Below, one piece after another: positions 41,303-42,265 of a stretch of DNA of 42,265 bases; positions within the stretch are counted from its first letter, which is position 1; each line of letters begins with the position of its first letter. The stretch is from an uncultured Candidatus Saccharibacteria bacterium (lineage in GTDB: Bacteria; Patescibacteriota; Minisyncoccia; Phycocordibacterales; Phycocordibacteraceae), in assembly GCA_964438675.1 (NCBI GenBank), contig CAYTKJ010000002.1, positions 1 to 42,265 of the forward strand. Direction: 5' to 3'. The notes beneath the pieces are model-generated. The model worked only from the letters and a program-made list of their open reading frames with translations, was not told the origin of the DNA and did no database searches. The position numbers and the translations under genes are program-made.

Positions 41303-41397
41303 CGTACATGCGCCGTTGGACTGCGCTCGCAGTTTACACTCCGCGAAAACAAATTCTAGAATTCTGCTAAATTTGCTTTTATCTTTAGTTATTACTT

Positions 41398-41673
41398 CTA
41401 TTCATCGCCTGCATCTGCAGCTAGTGCATGCGGCTGGGTGTATTCCCCACATGGGCAAACCCACCCATTAGTCGTTGGCGTCAGAATGCCATTATTTTGC
41501 TCATAGGTTCCAAAAAAATGCCCATTCGTATTACGCCTTCTCATACAATGGCGTTTATTGGCACCACCACAGGTATATTCATGAAGACGTGGGTCGTTTT
41601 GGCGTTCTTTTAGCCTTTCAACTTGCCCTGGCGTAAACGGCGCTGTTACCCACCCCTCTTTACTATTACTCAT
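41398..41673 (-). CDS. hypothetical small Cys/His-rich (putative zinc-binding) protein
   Basis: 91 aa from the ATG at 41673. Pattern HEYTCGG...HC...GWVCPCGEYTQPH. AT-rich upstream region containing TATAAT. Confidence 0.45.
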   Translation of the reverse strand: MSNSKEGWVTAPFTPGQVERLKERQNDPRLHEYTCGGANKRHCMRRRNTNGHFFGTYEQNNGILTPTTNGWVCPCGEYTQPHALAADAGDE

Positions 41674-41719
41674 ACAGTATTTTGATTTTGATCTCAATTT
41701 ATATTATATTGCAGTATAT

Positions 41720-41902
41720 ATGGAGAACAATGAATCTCAAAATCCCACCTTGGCATCAGGTCGTGCTGAAGCAGAAGGTGAGACACTAGAACAACAAGAA
41801 GAAAAAGAAGCTTTACGAGAACTCCTTCGGAAAATACTCAAAGAAGCTCTCGAGAAATGGCGGGAGGGTAAACGGAAGAGCAAAGTATTCGGCCCCGGGT
41901 GA
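41720..41902 (+). CDS. hypothetical 60-aa charged helical protein
   Basis: ORF from the track, with an acidic N-half, a basic C-half, and an AT-rich promoter-like region upstream. Confidence 0.3.
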   Translation: MENNESQNPTLASGRAEAEGETLEQQEEKEALRELLRKILKEALEKWREGKRKSKVFGPG

Positions 41903-41977
41903 ATGATAGGCCATAGAAGCGAGAGAAGCTAGGTGCGAGTGCGACTAAACTTGCTACAAATGGTATACTAGTAAAGT

Positions 41978-42181
41978 ATGAGGAGTGTTGAGTCACTTCT
42001 TCTCTGCCCTGAGTGTGATCAGTGCTTTGGTCGCGGGTACTGCAAACACTGTGAGGGTATTGGCTCTGAGGATAGTACTAGTTGCTGGCACTGTATTGGA
42101 CACGGATACTGCATGGTCTGTCGAGGTACCAGACTAAGTCCTGACCTCCCCCAATTACAGGAAAGTGATTTTATGCTATAA
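41978..42181 (+). CDS. stand-alone DnaJ-type zinc-finger mini-protein (CxxCxGxG repeats)
   Basis: 67-aa ORF with CDQCFGRG, CKHCEGIG, CWHCIGHG and CMVCRGTR. TGGTATACT lies 8 nt before the ATG, and the stop is 10 nt before the tRNA. Confidence 0.5.
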   Translation: MRSVESLLLCPECDQCFGRGYCKHCEGIGSEDSTSCWHCIGHGYCMVCRGTRLSPDLPQLQESDFML

Positions 42182-42191
42182 ACATGAAGTT

Positions 42192-42265
42192 GGCCCTATC
42201 GTCTAACGGTTAGGACATCGCCTTCTCAAGGCGGTAATCAGGGTTCGATTCCCTGTAGGGTCACC
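42192..42265 (+). tRNA. tRNA-Glu (anticodon CUC), truncated at the window edge within the 3' CCA
   Basis: Hand-folded cloverleaf. Acceptor GGCCCTA/TAGGGTC, D-arm GTCT/GGAC, anticodon stem TCGCC/GGCGG with loop TTCTCAA, T-arm CAGGG-TTCGATT-CCCTG, discriminator A, then CC. Confidence 0.88.

Noticed and set aside
41063-42265. A prophage or integrative element inserted at tRNA-Glu.
   Set aside because: No integrase, no att-like repeat of the tRNA 3' end, and no phage hallmark genes lie within the window, and the element side beyond the tRNA is not visible. I kept it only as a low-confidence hypothesis in findings.
1-42265. CRISPR arrays, transposases or IS elements, rRNA genes, and alternative genetic code (UGA recoding).
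   Set aside because: No spaced direct repeats or transposase-like ORFs were seen. TGA clearly terminates several well-defined genes (for example at 3084-3086 and 12110-12112), so the standard bacterial code applies.

Overview
This 42.3-kb window is gene-dense and bacterial, read with the standard code (TGA serves as a stop). Housekeeping proteins are uniformly short: AlaRS is 593 aa with no C-Ala domain, L13 is 116 aa, GluRS is 445 aa, and AspRS is the 444-aa archaeal type. Shine-Dalgarno motifs are nearly absent. Together these suggest a reduced-genome lineage such as Patescibacteria/CPR, which is an inference rather than a demonstrated assignment. The core content, in order: alaS; infA-rpmJ-rpsM-rpsK-rpsD-rpoA-rplQ-rplM-rpsI; grpE-dnaK-dnaJ; trpS; aspS; scpA-scpB fused to a partial cell-wall cluster (DD-carboxypeptidase, mraY, ftsW, murG), then gltX and an M23 peptidase; rpmA, rplI, ctpA, corA, dnaB, recR, rplU, glmS, rmuC and a YqeY-like gene; and a partial tRNA-Glu(CUC) at the 3' edge. 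Five regions deserve a second look. (1) An accessory stretch at about 12.1-18.9 kb is bracketed by two inverted NUDIX paralogs. It holds an AGAT/StrB1-type amidinotransferase next to an EamA exporter, a holin-like small membrane protein next to a peptidoglycan-binding secreted protein with an internal domain duplication, and an orphan multi-TM histidine kinase preceded by an unannotated 44-aa TM micro-ORF. (2) At 1.8-4.4 kb a PilM/FtsA-like actin-fold protein is translationally coupled to a bitopic protein with a PilN-like N-terminal peptide and a large unrecognised ectodomain. (3) A -10 hexamer sits 6-9 nt upstream of the start codon at many genes, a leaderless signature, and three or four very short divergent intergenic regions carry overlapping or back-to-back -10 boxes. 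(4) Small Cys-rich ORFs, including a stand-alone 4x CxxCxGxG zinc-finger mini-protein, abut the tRNA. (5) Several perfect palindromes and unusually placed hairpins occur. No CRISPR array, transposase, integrase or rRNA was seen. All family calls rest on motifs I recognise by eye; no searches were run.
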